DNA from: a virus
Lineage: Duplodnaviria > Heunggongvirae > Uroviricota > Caudoviricetes
DNA length: 26,600 nucleotides
IMG/VR virus record: IMGVR_UViG_2671180740_000004
Coordinates: 1 to 26,600 of that record
Reading direction: 5' to 3' (one strand)
Below the pieces are notes generated by a model. That model saw only the letters and a program-made list of their open reading frames with translations, had not been told where the DNA came from and made no database searches. The translations under genes were made by a program, and so were the position numbers. Shown piece by piece: positions 7,587-17,695 of the stretch. Within the stretch, counting starts at the first letter, position 1, and the number at the start of each line of letters is the position of its first letter.

Positions 7587-8852
7587 ATGAGCGGATTTGC
7601 ACAGGGGTTACTTGCCGGATTCAGCACCGTTGACCAGGCAATGACCCGTCGTAAGGAGCTTGGTCTGCGTGAAGCACAGCTTGCCCGGCAACAGAAAAAT
7701 AACGAGCGCGATTTTGAATTTGCGCAGTCTCAGTTTGAGCACCGGAAAGAGAATGATCAGCGTACATATGATCTTAATGTCAGGAATGCTGACCGTGAAT
7801 ATGCGCTGAAAGAGAGGGAACACAAAGCAGCGCAGAATTATCGAAATGCGTCACTGGGTATGGAGCAGCAGCGACTCCAGTTGCAGAAATACAACCAGCG
7901 ACGGCTTGAGTATAACGATATGCTGGCGCGCGATCAGCCTGTGATGGCTGCGCTTGGAAAGGCTGTGGATGCTGGTGATCGGGATGCGGCAATGCGTCTT
8001 TACGGGCAGTTGTCAGAGGGTAATCCGCTGAGGCTGATGGCGAATGATGGCTATGCAGCGAAAGCGGGGCAGGCCGTGAACAACCTGCAGAAAATCTTTG
8101 ATGATAAGCCGGACAGGGCGATTGCTTCGCTGAATACCCCGGAAAATCTCGATGTGCTTTCCGGCGTGTTTGCCCCGGAACTACAACAGCGTATTGGCAT
8201 GCCTGATTCAACCGGGGAAAAGACAATAAAAGAGGCCAGGATTGGCAGTATCGTACCGGCGCAGCAGGAAGGGTACGTACTTATTGGTCTTGATCTCACA
8301 TACAGCGATGGCTCCACCGCGCATAAACCTGTAACAGAATACGGCAGTGCACATCCTGATGATCAAACCGTGCTGGCGATACCCGTTGATAAGGCTGTCG
8401 CTCTTGTCAGGGATCGCAGTAAATTCGCGGAAATTTCGAAAAATTACGGTTATTTCATGCCGAAGCAGCAGGGACTTTCTCTGAAAGAGCTTCAGAAGGG
8501 GGCCAGCAACGTAGCGGCGGAGGCGATCAAGAATGGCGGTAATGCTCAGGCTGCGGTGGATGAATATTATGCTGCGACTGGTTCACAACCGCATCAACAG
8601 AAAATTCAGCAACAAAAACTTCAGCAACAGGTTATCAACTGGGCGGGAGATGATCCTGATAAGCTGTCATTTGCCAGAAATGTAGCGGCCCGTCAGCCTG
8701 AAATGCTGGAACCTCAGAATCAGAAATTGCTGGAGAACGGGTATGCGAATTTTCTCCGTATTCAAAAGGCCAGGGGGGAACAGGCCAGAGATGAAAGTGC
8801 TTCATCTGCATCTCAGTTTATCCGTGGACTGAAACAGAATTACGCCCAGTAA
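7587..8852 (+). CDS. coiled-coil protein (421 aa), putative internal virion protein
   Basis: AAGGAG at 7575-7580 precedes ATG 7587. The sequence has long Q/R/E-rich heptad-like stretches. No catalytic motif was recognised. Confidence 0.55.
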   Translation: MSGFAQGLLAGFSTVDQAMTRRKELGLREAQLARQQKNNERDFEFAQSQFEHRKENDQRTYDLNVRNADREYALKEREHKAAQNYRNASLGMEQQRLQLQKYNQRRLEYNDMLARDQPVMAALGKAVDAGDRDAAMRLYGQLSEGNPLRLMANDGYAAKAGQAVNNLQKIFDDKPDRAIASLNTPENLDVLSGVFAPELQQRIGMPDSTGEKTIKEARIGSIVPAQQEGYVLIGLDLTYSDGSTAHKPVTEYGSAHPDDQTVLAIPVDKAVALVRDRSKFAEISKNYGYFMPKQQGLSLKELQKGASNVAAEAIKNGGNAQAAVDEYYAATGSQPHQQKIQQQKLQQQVINWAGDDPDKLSFARNVAARQPEMLEPQNQKLLENGYANFLRIQKARGEQARDESASSASQFIRGLKQNYAQ

Positions 8853-8885
8853 TTCACGATATTCCATTAATACCATTTCCTGATG

Positions 8886-8910
8886 CCCGGCCATTGTGCC
8901 GGGTTTTTTT
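8886..8910 (+). terminator. rho-independent terminator between the 421-aa gene and the giant gene
   Basis: CCCGGC (8886-8891), loop CATTGT, GCCGGG (8898-8903), then T7 (8904-8910). Confidence 0.75.
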
Positions 8911-8921
8911 ATGGAGTCTGT

Positions 8922-11900
8922 ATGGCCTATTCAGAGGAACAGCGTCCTGAGGCGCAACTCGGTAACCAGAATCGTAACAGCCTGAACATTCAGCAACCCG
9001 GCGAAACTGACAGCTATGAAGCATTTTTCTCTGATCCGAATCGCTGGAAGGATAACAGTACGTCGTTCAGCCTGGGCGATGTATTGCCAACAATGGGTAA
9101 AGGTTTCGCCCAGTCCGTCCGGGGAACAGGGGAAATGGCCCGTGGACTCGGTGATGCGATGATTCAGAGCCCGGTAAAAACAGGGGTGCGTATTTTAAAT
9201 GAGTTCAGCCGTATGGGGCTGCCGGGTGTCGCAACTGTGCAGGATATTTTTGCCGGTGGCAGCAGGGGGGCTGATGAGGTCATCGATACCCTGCCTGATG
9301 GCAAAAACGCGGTTACTGATACTGTCGGTAAAGGTCTGAAGGCAACCGGTAAGGCTGTCAGTGATGGTGCTAAAGCCTCGGATGAATGGCTGACCGATAA
9401 TATGTCGCCGGGTGCTGTGCGTGCGCTGAATACGCCAATGAGTGAAGGCTATGATGATCCCGCAGTCTGGCTGACGAAGGGGATGAATTTTGTCGGTGCC
9501 GTTGCGGCAGATGTGTTTGCTGGCGGTGTGGCTAAAAAGGTGGGTGATGTCACACTGCGAAAAATGCTGACCGCCGGGCTGGAGAAAAAATACATCGCGG
9601 CAGGGATGCAGCCGGAAAGAGCCACGGCACTGGCAGCAGACGCTGTCGATAAAAAAATGCCGGATTTATTCCGGGCGGGCCTGATCACCCATTCCACAGT
9701 AAGTGCACAGGGGCAGAGTGCAATGGCGGCAGCAGATGCTGTTCTTAATGCGGATTACTCTGAGCTGGCGCAGTCACCGAAATTTCAGCAGACGTTTTTG
9801 TCCATTGACGCCGACCCGCAGCACGCACAGCTTACTGATCGCCAGAAAATGGACCTGGCAAAAGAGCGTGTGGCTGATGAGGTGCGTGCGCAACTGGCAA
9901 CCGATCCTCAGTTGCTGGCTGTGAATGCCATGGCGGCAAAACTGGGCGATGCTCAGTTGCTTAATCTGGCGATGCGGGGCACGGCGAATACCGTTAAAAG
10001 CGGCATGATCAGAAACGCCACTGAACAGGGGGCGATTAATGCGGCGCAGGGCGGCTATTCACGCTATCAGGAAAACATGGCACTGCGTGATACCGCCGGA
10101 ATGGATGTGTCGCCGTGGGAGGGCGTGGCTGACGCAACGATCGAAGGTGCAGCCCTTGGTGCTGCGATGGGGGCACCATTCGGTGCGGTTGCCGGATATC
10201 GTGGCAGACGTCAGGCGGCAGATGAAGCCGCCATGCGTGAGGCTGAAGTCGTACAGCAGGACGACGCAGCCCCGCAACCAGAATCTGTTGATCCGGTGGC
10301 GCAGCATCGTGAATCCATGCAGGGGATGAATCGCGAGCAGCTTCTGGAGCAGTATGCTGATGCGGATATGGCGACAGAGGGTGACGCATCCGCAACTCAT
10401 CGCCGGGAAGCCGCCAGCCAGCTGTTGAATGAACTGGACGAACAGGCGAAGCGACAGGCTGTGATGAATGAGCTGAAGGCGAAGCCGCGTTCTGAACTGC
10501 TTGAGGAATACCGCAGACTCAGCCAGAAAGAGGGGCGCACCGAGACTGAAGAACAACAGTTTCAGGCAATACGAGAAGTCATTCGCCCACAACAGGAAGT
10601 GACGCCGGAAGCACAGTCACAGTCTGAAAATGCGGAGGATGGTAACGGGAGCATTTACCCGACGGTGCGGTTCCGGGACCCGAATGAAGTCCGCATTGAA
10701 ATTAACGGGAATGGTGCGTCCAGACCAGCGGAACGCATTGAAAAGGTGCGCCCGGACAACCGTTATTTCACGGATGAGAAAAGCGCCATGGGGAGTGATG
10801 TTTTCCGTAATGCCGCCGCCACCGGCCTGAAACCGTCCGTAGTGAAGAAAGGCGAGAATCAGTATGCCGTTGAAATGGATAATCCTGCGTTCTCTGAAAA
10901 TGTGGCAACGGAAACCATTAACACCCTGGCTGACGGAGAGCGTATTGCTGATGCTGACCCGATGGAGCAGCCCGCGTTCATGCGTGACCCGCGATTCCGT
11001 GGTTTCACGGGGGATGATACGGAGGTACAGGCCCGCCTTGCCCGTGGCAACGCGCCGACGGCGGAGGAGCTTGTACGTTCACAGATGGCTGAAGGTGATG
11101 CCGGTCCGACAGCACAGGAGTTAACTGAGCGTCCGCGTCTGCCCGCCCCCGGCGATATTCATCCCGGACAGGGATATCCGTTACCGGGAGAGGTGGCGCG
11201 TACGCCGGATGAGAATCAGGCCGGACGTGGTGGTCGTTTTACCACAACCGGTGAGGTTAAGGGCCAGAGTTTCCAGAAAGGACGCGGCCCGGCACAGGAA
11301 AACGCCGCTGGTCGCCAGGGGGAAATACTGGAGGGCGAAACTGTTCGTCGTGGTCTGCCGTCACCGGATGAGCAGAGTGTTACCGCCCCGGTACGTGAAG
11401 GTCTACCGGCTCCTGACATTACACACAATGTCCGCATGCCTCAGCCTGAACAGCTTCCCCGAACTGTTCGCAACTCATTACCTGAGCTGGCACAGCAGGC
11501 AGAAGTACGCCGACAGACAGGAGAAGTTCGCGACATCCCGCATGCTGAAACAACAGCACATGAGTCTGAAACAGTTGCTGCTACTGATGGTGAAGGTGCC
11601 GCACGCGGAGGTGTTGCCGGGGGCAAAAAAATTGAAGACTTTGGCGAGGAAATTAAAGGGGCAGCCAAACACCGTTATGCACAGCTTGCTGAAACACTGG
11701 GTAAAACGCTGGAAGACAGGGATTATGCCACGCAGCCGCTGAGCAAACTGTTCCCGAAACCGGACTACGCAAAACTGGCGAACGAAGGTGCCGATGCTGA
11801 CACTCTGGCAATGATAGCTCTGTATCGTAGCGATATTCCGGCGAAGACGAAACACAATACGGCAGGCTGGGGGGAGAGCGTAAAAAAAGTACGACACAGT

Positions 11901-14900
11901 GTATCGGAAATGCTGAACGGAACGGTCAGCGCGAAACGCCTCGCAGAATGGATGGAAGGCAGAATGCCCTCCCGTTACGCGGATACCTGGCAACTGTTAC
12001 GCACTCTGCCACCCTCACAGATGGACAGGGCTTCTGCTTATCGGGTGGTATCGGGTGTGTATCAGGCGGCAGGAGGGAAGCGTTACGATCCGCCACAGAA
12101 ACTTTATTCACTGCGCAATAAGGACAATAAGGGTAGTAACCTCTTTTTCTCGGAAAGCAGGGATGAATTACTGACAAAGGCGAAAGTCTGGTTTGCAGAG
12201 CAGGAGGAAAAATCACAGGCGAAAGGTGATGAAAAAACAGCGCCTTCACCGGATGACAAAATCCGCTTTGACGTTTACCGGAATACCCGCAGTGGCGATA
12301 TTTTTATCGCTTACGGTAAAAACAAAATGCGGGTGAGAGGTGGCTTTAAGTCAGCCAGTGATGCGCGTAAGTACATTGATTCACATCGTGATGAGCTTGT
12401 TCGTCATGTGAAGGATATGCGGGAGATTTCGCGTGAGGAGCAGCGTAACGCCACCAACCGCGACCGTACCGGACCAGAACGCCGTAAAGGGGATGTTTCA
12501 CCGGAGCAGTTCAGTGATGCGTTTGGTTTCCGTGGTGTGCAGTTTGGTAACTACGTGGAAGGTCCGCGTCGTCAGGCTGATTTGAACCGGGCTTATGACT
12601 CGCTGCATGACCTTGCGGAAGTACTGAATGTACCGACAAAAGCGCTTTCCCTGAACGGTCGTCTTGGCCTGGCATTTGGTGCCCGTGGTAAGGGTAAGGC
12701 GGCGGCACACTATGAGTCAGGTGAGGTGGCAATCAACCTGACAAAAGGTAACGGACCGGGGGCGCTGGCGCACGAATGGTTCCATTCACTGGATAATTAT
12801 TTTGGTCGTTATGACGTTTCCACTGACGGGAAGATTACGTCAGGTGGCGACTTTATGACGGAAGCACAGCGTGCCAGGCGCGTATTTAAAGACGGCAGGT
12901 ATGTTGATGCTGAATATCCGGTACGTCAGGAGGTTTACGACGCTTTTAAAGGTGTGATTCAGGCCATTAAAAACAGTGACATGCCGCGTCGTTCAGCGCT
13001 TCTCGATGAGGTGCGCTCAAAACCGTACTGGTCAACGGATGTTGAAATGGCGGCACGTGCCTTTGAGCGTTATGTTCAGGATAAGGCGCGTATGGCTGGC
13101 GTGGAGAATGATTATCTGGTCAATATCCGTAAGGCACCTGAGCACAACACAGATAACACCTGGGCTTATCCGACGAATGCGGAACTGGATGGCGGTATTC
13201 GTGAGGCATTCGATCACCTGTTCCGCACCCTGAAAACCCGTGAGACGGACAAGGGCGTTGCGTTTTATTCCCGTAAGGGCGTTACCCGCACACCTGAAGG
13301 TAATCTCATTTCGGATGTTAACCGTAGTGCGGAAGCCAAAGGCAGCCCGGTCCCGCAGGTTGAAGCGGTTGCCCGTGGCGTGATGAGCGGCATTAAGGAC
13401 AGTGACCTGAAGGTCCGTGTGGTGAAGTCACAGAAAGAGGCTGAAGCGCTGGCGGGTGAATCGTTCGACGGTTACGGCAGGGTGCACGCATTCTATCGTC
13501 CGGATAAACGAGAAATTGTCCTGGTGGCGGATAACATCCCTGACGGGCGGACCGTACGCGAGAAGTTGCGTCACGAGATTATCCACCATGCCATGGAGCA
13601 TGTTGTCACGCCAGCGGAATATCAGACGATTATCAAAACCGTGCTGAAAACCCGCGACAGTGATAACGCCACCATCCGTGAAGCATGGCGTAAGGTTGAT
13701 GCGTCCTATGGTAAGGAATCACCGGAAGTACAGGCGGGTGAATTTCTGGCACATATGGCGGAGAAACAGCCGAATAAATTCGTGGCGGCATGGGAGCGTG
13801 TTGTTGCCCTGGTCAAAGGGGTACTGCGTCGTACGGGGTTACTGAAACCGACGGAACTGAACGATATCAGACTTGTTCGCGAGACCATCCGTACGTTAGG
13901 CCAGCGTGTGCGGGAAGGTTACACGCCGCGTGAGGATGGCGCGGGCGCATCGTCTCAGTACTCCCGTAGTGGTAAACCTGATCCGTTCAAAGTGCCGGAA
14001 GGTGAGGGTGAACGTTATCGCGATGACCTTGCCAGAATGATGAAATCTCTGCGTACCACAGATTTAACGGTAAACATCGGGCGTACGCCGCCGGTATTGC
14101 GTCACCTTGGTGCACCGGATTTGCCGCTGGTTATTTCCCGCGATACTGTGCGGAAGGCCACCAATGGTGTGAAACATGTGGTGCCGATGGATGTTATCGA
14201 GAGACTACCGGAACTGATGCACGATCCGGATGCAATTTACCGTTCCGCGACAGAAAGAAATGCGGTTGTGATGCTGCTTGATGCCGTGGATAAAAATGGT
14301 GATCCGGTAGTGTCTGCGGTGCATATGAAGGCAACCCAAAAACTTCTGGAAGTTAACCGTATTGCTTCTGTTTACGGAACGGAAAACGGGAAAAAACTGA
14401 AGAGTATGGAAATGGCTGGCTTAACATTATACAGGAGAGAAAAACTAAACCCTGATGGTTCTCTGTACAGAGGGCTCCAATTGCCCAAAGATGAGCACTC
14501 CCGTCAGGGTTCTGCGGATAAAATACTCTATCCTGAAGATATTCGCAAGGGGCCGTATTACTCCCGTACCAGCAGTCTGACACCGGAAGAGACAATTGCA
14601 TCGCGTTTTGTGCGCCAGATGCAGGATAAATTCCAGGTGCTGAAAGCTGTTCAGGAGAATATCCGTAAAACTGGTGGAAAAATAGACGACAGTAACAACG
14701 CTTATATGGCGGAAGAACTCTTCCACGGGAAGGCGGAAAACGACCTGAACGTGATGAAGGAGCGCTACGTTCAGCCACTGGCTAAATTACTGGCGGACTA
14801 CAAAATTGCGCAGGCCGATCTGGATGAGTACCTCTACGCCCGTCATGCACCGGAACGTAACGCGCATATCGCGAAAATCAACCCGAAAATGCCGGACGGC

Positions 14901-17303
14901 GGTTCGGGGATGAGCAACGCGGAAGCGGCGGAAATCATGCAGCGTGTGCGTAACAGCGGCAAACAGGCACAGTATGACCGTCTGGCAGGGATTATTGACG
15001 ATATGCTGGCCCGTCGCCGTGAGATTATCCGTGAGGCAGGACTGGAAGAGAGCGGCGTGGTGGATGCCTGGCAGAAAGCCTACCGTTACTACGTCCCCCT
15101 GAAAGGGCAGGATGTTGACGGTGTGGTGTCACTGCCACGTACAGGCAAGGGATTCACCATCGGCGGGCGTGAAAGTAAGCAGGCCATGGGGCGTGCATCC
15201 CGCGCACAGTCTCCTTCCACTCAGGCGATACAGGATTTGAGTGAATCGCTGATCCGCAATCGCAAAAATGAAGTGGGTAACGCCTTCCTGAAACTGGTAC
15301 AGGATAATCCCGACAAGGATTACTGGCAGGTATTCACTGATGACAGACCGGATACCATGCGTGTGATTGCAGAGCGCAAGGACCAGGAAACTGGTGAAAC
15401 CATTCGCGAAGTTGTCGAGCGTCCGGTGGCGATGGCAATGATGGCAGACCGGTACTTCACCACCAAAAAGAACGGCAAAACGTACTACATCAAACTCCAT
15501 GATCCGCGCCTGATGCGTGCGATGAAGAATATGGGACCGGAAACCAGTAACGCAGTAATCCGTACGCTGGGGAAAGTTAACCGCTTCCTGGCAACGGTGA
15601 ACACGTCGTATAACCCGGAATTCCTGGTCAGTAACTTCATCCGTGACGTGCAGACAGCGGTGATGAATCTGAAGGCGGAGCAGGGAAGGAGCGACGGCAA
15701 ACTGAAAGGGCTGGATAACTTATCCGCACTGGCTGTGGTGAAAGACAGCCGTTCTGCTATGTCAGCCGTATACGCCAGTCTGCGTGGCAAAAACCTCACG
15801 GGCAAAGGTGCGCAGTGGCAGAAGGTGTGGAAAGAGTTTGTTGAGGACGGAGGTAAAACCGGCTGGTTTAACATGGGTGACCTTGAAGGCCAGCAGAAGG
15901 AAATGGATCGCCTTGTATCGCTGGCGAAGGGAGGATGGAAAGGCCAGAGTATCGGTGCATGGAATTCGTTCCTGAACCTGGTCGAGGATGCCAACGGTGC
16001 GGTTGAAAACGCACTGCGTCTGTCAGCTTATAAACACGCCCGTGATGCCGGTTTGTCACGCCAGCAGGCGGCGTCTCTTGCCAAAAACATGACGGTGAAC
16101 TTTAACCGTCGTGGTGAGCAGGGGGCGCTGATGAACTCGCTGTACATGTTCGCCAACGCCAGTATTCAGGGAACGGCAAATCTGGTGAGAACGCTCGGAC
16201 ATCTTAATGGTGAGGGACCTTTACTGGAGCGTCTTCGCTGGAAGAATCTGAATGTTCCGCAGAAAATCGCGCTTGCCGCTGTGGGAGCGGGTTATCTGCT
16301 TGGCTCGCTTAACCGCAGCGTGGCGGGTGAGGATGATGACGGGGTTAACTGGTATGACAAAGTACCGTCTCATGTGAAAGAGCGTAACCTCGTCATTATG
16401 AAATCGGTGTTCGGGGGCAAGGCCGGAGAGTACTGGAGTATTCCTCTGCCTTACGGGTACAACGTTTTCTTCCTGCTTGGTCACACAGCCGAAGGGGTGG
16501 CAGCGGGCGACCTGACCGCTTCACGTGCTGCCGGTAATGTTGTTGGTGGTGTGCTTGGGGCATTCAGTCCTGTGGGCAGTGAAACGTCGGAAACACTGTC
16601 CGGGGCATTGCTGAAAAATGCAGCGCCGACCATTCTGCGTCCGTTTGCGAACCTTGCCATGAATGAAAACTTCATGGGGGCGCAGATTTACCAGGAGAAC
16701 ATGCCGTTTGGTACACCAAAACCTGACAGCCAGCTGGGAAGACGTTCAACGCCAGAAGCGTACAAGGCGTTTGCATCCTGGCTGAATGCGTTCTCAGGTG
16801 GCAGCCAGTACCGTCCCGGCGCGGTGGATATCACACCGGAATCGCTGAAATTCTGGATTGACTATATCTCCGGAGGGACAGGGCGCTTCATTTCCAAAAC
16901 CACGGATGCGGCGGTGAAATCGCTGAATGGTATTGATATACCGGAACAGCAGGTGCCCTTCCTGGGGAAAATTTCGGGGGAGGTGATGCCGTATGCAGAC
17001 CAGCAGAAGATGTACGACCGGATGACAGAGATTGCGCAGTATCACGCAGAGCTGAAGAGTCTGACCGGTGCAGAAAGAACGGCGTTCATTGACGAGAACA
17101 ACGGAAAATTGTCGATGAACGGGCTTATGCAGGATACCCGGAAGAGACTGAAGGATTTGCGTAAACAGCGTGATGCCATTTATGCCGACAGTTCTCTCAG
17201 TCTGGCGCAGCAGGCGGCGATAGTGAAATCGGTAGAGCGGGATATGAAGGTTGCCGTGGATCGCTTTAACCGCGAGTACAACAAAAAAGTGGGAGTGGAT
17301 TAA
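8922..17303 (+). CDS. giant polyvalent protein (2,793 aa) with two zincin-type HExxH motifs; probable virion-packaged/injected protein
   Basis: GGAG (8913-8916) lies 5 nt before the in-frame ATG 8922; the track start at 8883 lies inside the terminator hairpin. HEWFH is at 12771-12785, within FGFRGVQFGNY...GALAHEWFHSLDNY...ARAFERYV, which I recognise as the LPD1-type domain of polyvalent proteins. HEIIHH is at 12572+1000 = 13572-13589. The protein also has Gly/Ala hydrophobic segments near 9480-9545 and 10135-10200, a Pro/Glu-rich linker at about 10200-11650, hydrophobic helices at about 16250-16580, and a C-terminal coiled coil. Confidence 0.8.
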   Translation: MAYSEEQRPEAQLGNQNRNSLNIQQPGETDSYEAFFSDPNRWKDNSTSFSLGDVLPTMGKGFAQSVRGTGEMARGLGDAMIQSPVKTGVRILNEFSRMGLPGVATVQDIFAGGSRGADEVIDTLPDGKNAVTDTVGKGLKATGKAVSDGAKASDEWLTDNMSPGAVRALNTPMSEGYDDPAVWLTKGMNFVGAVAADVFAGGVAKKVGDVTLRKMLTAGLEKKYIAAGMQPERATALAADAVDKKMPDLFRAGLITHSTVSAQGQSAMAAADAVLNADYSELAQSPKFQQTFLSIDADPQHAQLTDRQKMDLAKERVADEVRAQLATDPQLLAVNAMAAKLGDAQLLNLAMRGTANTVKSGMIRNATEQGAINAAQGGYSRYQENMALRDTAGMDVSPWEGVADATIEGAALGAAMGAPFGAVAGYRGRRQAADEAAMREAEVVQQDDAAPQPESVDPVAQHRESMQGMNREQLLEQYADADMATEGDASATHRREAASQLLNELDEQAKRQAVMNELKAKPRSELLEEYRRLSQKEGRTETEEQQFQAIREVIRPQQEVTPEAQSQSENAEDGNGSIYPTVRFRDPNEVRIEINGNGASRPAERIEKVRPDNRYFTDEKSAMGSDVFRNAAATGLKPSVVKKGENQYAVEMDNPAFSENVATETINTLADGERIADADPMEQPAFMRDPRFRGFTGDDTEVQARLARGNAPTAEELVRSQMAEGDAGPTAQELTERPRLPAPGDIHPGQGYPLPGEVARTPDENQAGRGGRFTTTGEVKGQSFQKGRGPAQENAAGRQGEILEGETVRRGLPSPDEQSVTAPVREGLPAPDITHNVRMPQPEQLPRTVRNSLPELAQQAEVRRQTGEVRDIPHAETTAHESETVAATDGEGAARGGVAGGKKIEDFGEEIKGAAKHRYAQLAETLGKTLEDRDYATQPLSKLFPKPDYAKLANEGADADTLAMIALYRSDIPAKTKHNTAGWGESVKKVRHSVSEMLNGTVSAKRLAEWMEGRMPSRYADTWQLLRTLPPSQMDRASAYRVVSGVYQAAGGKRYDPPQKLYSLRNKDNKGSNLFFSESRDELLTKAKVWFAEQEEKSQAKGDEKTAPSPDDKIRFDVYRNTRSGDIFIAYGKNKMRVRGGFKSASDARKYIDSHRDELVRHVKDMREISREEQRNATNRDRTGPERRKGDVSPEQFSDAFGFRGVQFGNYVEGPRRQADLNRAYDSLHDLAEVLNVPTKALSLNGRLGLAFGARGKGKAAAHYESGEVAINLTKGNGPGALAHEWFHSLDNYFGRYDVSTDGKITSGGDFMTEAQRARRVFKDGRYVDAEYPVRQEVYDAFKGVIQAIKNSDMPRRSALLDEVRSKPYWSTDVEMAARAFERYVQDKARMAGVENDYLVNIRKAPEHNTDNTWAYPTNAELDGGIREAFDHLFRTLKTRETDKGVAFYSRKGVTRTPEGNLISDVNRSAEAKGSPVPQVEAVARGVMSGIKDSDLKVRVVKSQKEAEALAGESFDGYGRVHAFYRPDKREIVLVADNIPDGRTVREKLRHEIIHHAMEHVVTPAEYQTIIKTVLKTRDSDNATIREAWRKVDASYGKESPEVQAGEFLAHMAEKQPNKFVAAWERVVALVKGVLRRTGLLKPTELNDIRLVRETIRTLGQRVREGYTPREDGAGASSQYSRSGKPDPFKVPEGEGERYRDDLARMMKSLRTTDLTVNIGRTPPVLRHLGAPDLPLVISRDTVRKATNGVKHVVPMDVIERLPELMHDPDAIYRSATERNAVVMLLDAVDKNGDPVVSAVHMKATQKLLEVNRIASVYGTENGKKLKSMEMAGLTLYRREKLNPDGSLYRGLQLPKDEHSRQGSADKILYPEDIRKGPYYSRTSSLTPEETIASRFVRQMQDKFQVLKAVQENIRKTGGKIDDSNNAYMAEELFHGKAENDLNVMKERYVQPLAKLLADYKIAQADLDEYLYARHAPERNAHIAKINPKMPDGGSGMSNAEAAEIMQRVRNSGKQAQYDRLAGIIDDMLARRREIIREAGLEESGVVDAWQKAYRYYVPLKGQDVDGVVSLPRTGKGFTIGGRESKQAMGRASRAQSPSTQAIQDLSESLIRNRKNEVGNAFLKLVQDNPDKDYWQVFTDDRPDTMRVIAERKDQETGETIREVVERPVAMAMMADRYFTTKKNGKTYYIKLHDPRLMRAMKNMGPETSNAVIRTLGKVNRFLATVNTSYNPEFLVSNFIRDVQTAVMNLKAEQGRSDGKLKGLDNLSALAVVKDSRSAMSAVYASLRGKNLTGKGAQWQKVWKEFVEDGGKTGWFNMGDLEGQQKEMDRLVSLAKGGWKGQSIGAWNSFLNLVEDANGAVENALRLSAYKHARDAGLSRQQAASLAKNMTVNFNRRGEQGALMNSLYMFANASIQGTANLVRTLGHLNGEGPLLERLRWKNLNVPQKIALAAVGAGYLLGSLNRSVAGEDDDGVNWYDKVPSHVKERNLVIMKSVFGGKAGEYWSIPLPYGYNVFFLLGHTAEGVAAGDLTASRAAGNVVGGVLGAFSPVGSETSETLSGALLKNAAPTILRPFANLAMNENFMGAQIYQENMPFGTPKPDSQLGRRSTPEAYKAFASWLNAFSGGSQYRPGAVDITPESLKFWIDYISGGTGRFISKTTDAAVKSLNGIDIPEQQVPFLGKISGEVMPYADQQKMYDRMTEIAQYHAELKSLTGAERTAFIDENNGKLSMNGLMQDTRKRLKDLRKQRDAIYADSSLSLAQQAAIVKSVERDMKVAVDRFNREYNKKVGVD

Positions 17304-17311
17304 CAGAAATG

Positions 17312-17333
17312 GCCCCGTACGGAAGTGCGGGGC
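17312..17333 (+). other. stem-loop after the giant gene (no U-run)
   Basis: GCCCCGTAC / GTGCGGGGC form a 9-bp stem (one G-T pair) with a GGAA tetraloop. Confidence 0.45.
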
Positions 17334-17426
17334 TGATTAAGGAATAAACACACATTAACCTGTAATAACCGGAGCTATTAACATATAGTCAGAAAGAGTA
17401 TTTCATGTGAGACAGAGAGCCGATTT

Positions 17427-17609
17427 ATGTTTAATGAAGAAAAAGTTGCGCAAATGGCAGCGTATTTGCTGAAAAAGCATGGCGGATCTATGCGTTTCAT
17501 TAAGCTGATGTATCTCTCTGACCGCAAAGCAATGGAGTCTTTAACCGGGAAGGGGAGAGGTTTGAATGCTCCCCCACAATTCCCCGGCATCAAATCTCCA
17601 TGCAGGTGA
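17427..17609 (+). pseudogene. truncated Panacea/DUF4065-domain (PanA/SocA-like) antitoxin gene; only about the first 37 codons are family-like
   Basis: MFNEEKVAQMAAYLLKKHGGSMRFIKLMYLSDRKAME matches the N-terminus of DUF4065/Panacea proteins as I remember them. The rest (SLTGKGRGLNAPPQFPGIKSPCR*) is unrelated, and the ORF is about a third of the usual length. Confidence 0.5.
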
Positions 17610-17695
17610 ACTATTTTACCCCCAGCGGCAAATCGCAAAAACAATCAGTGCGATCGAAATGGCAGCCACTACAATTGCAAATGCTTCAGGCTAGG

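Noticed and set aside
8883-8921. ORF-track start of the giant gene (MPGHCAGFFYGVC...)
   Set aside because: These codons are the terminator hairpin CCCGGC/GCCGGG plus its T7 run. The in-frame ATG 8922 has a GGAG RBS and is the more plausible start.
9449-16675. Many 60-177-aa ORFs on the opposite strand or in other frames inside the giant gene (e.g. 10059-10592, 11478-11993, 15485-15994)
   Set aside because: They are fully embedded in an 8.4-kb ORF with coherent protein features. They have no RBS and their composition is Arg/Pro/Ser-rich, typical of antisense translation of GC-rich coding DNA.
17640-17693. Minus-strand 17-codon hydrophobic frame (GTG...AAISIALIVFAICRWG*) after the DUF551 gene, considered as a small membrane toxin
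   Set aside because: It has no RBS, a non-ATG start and a stop codon immediately upstream in frame. It is too short to support.
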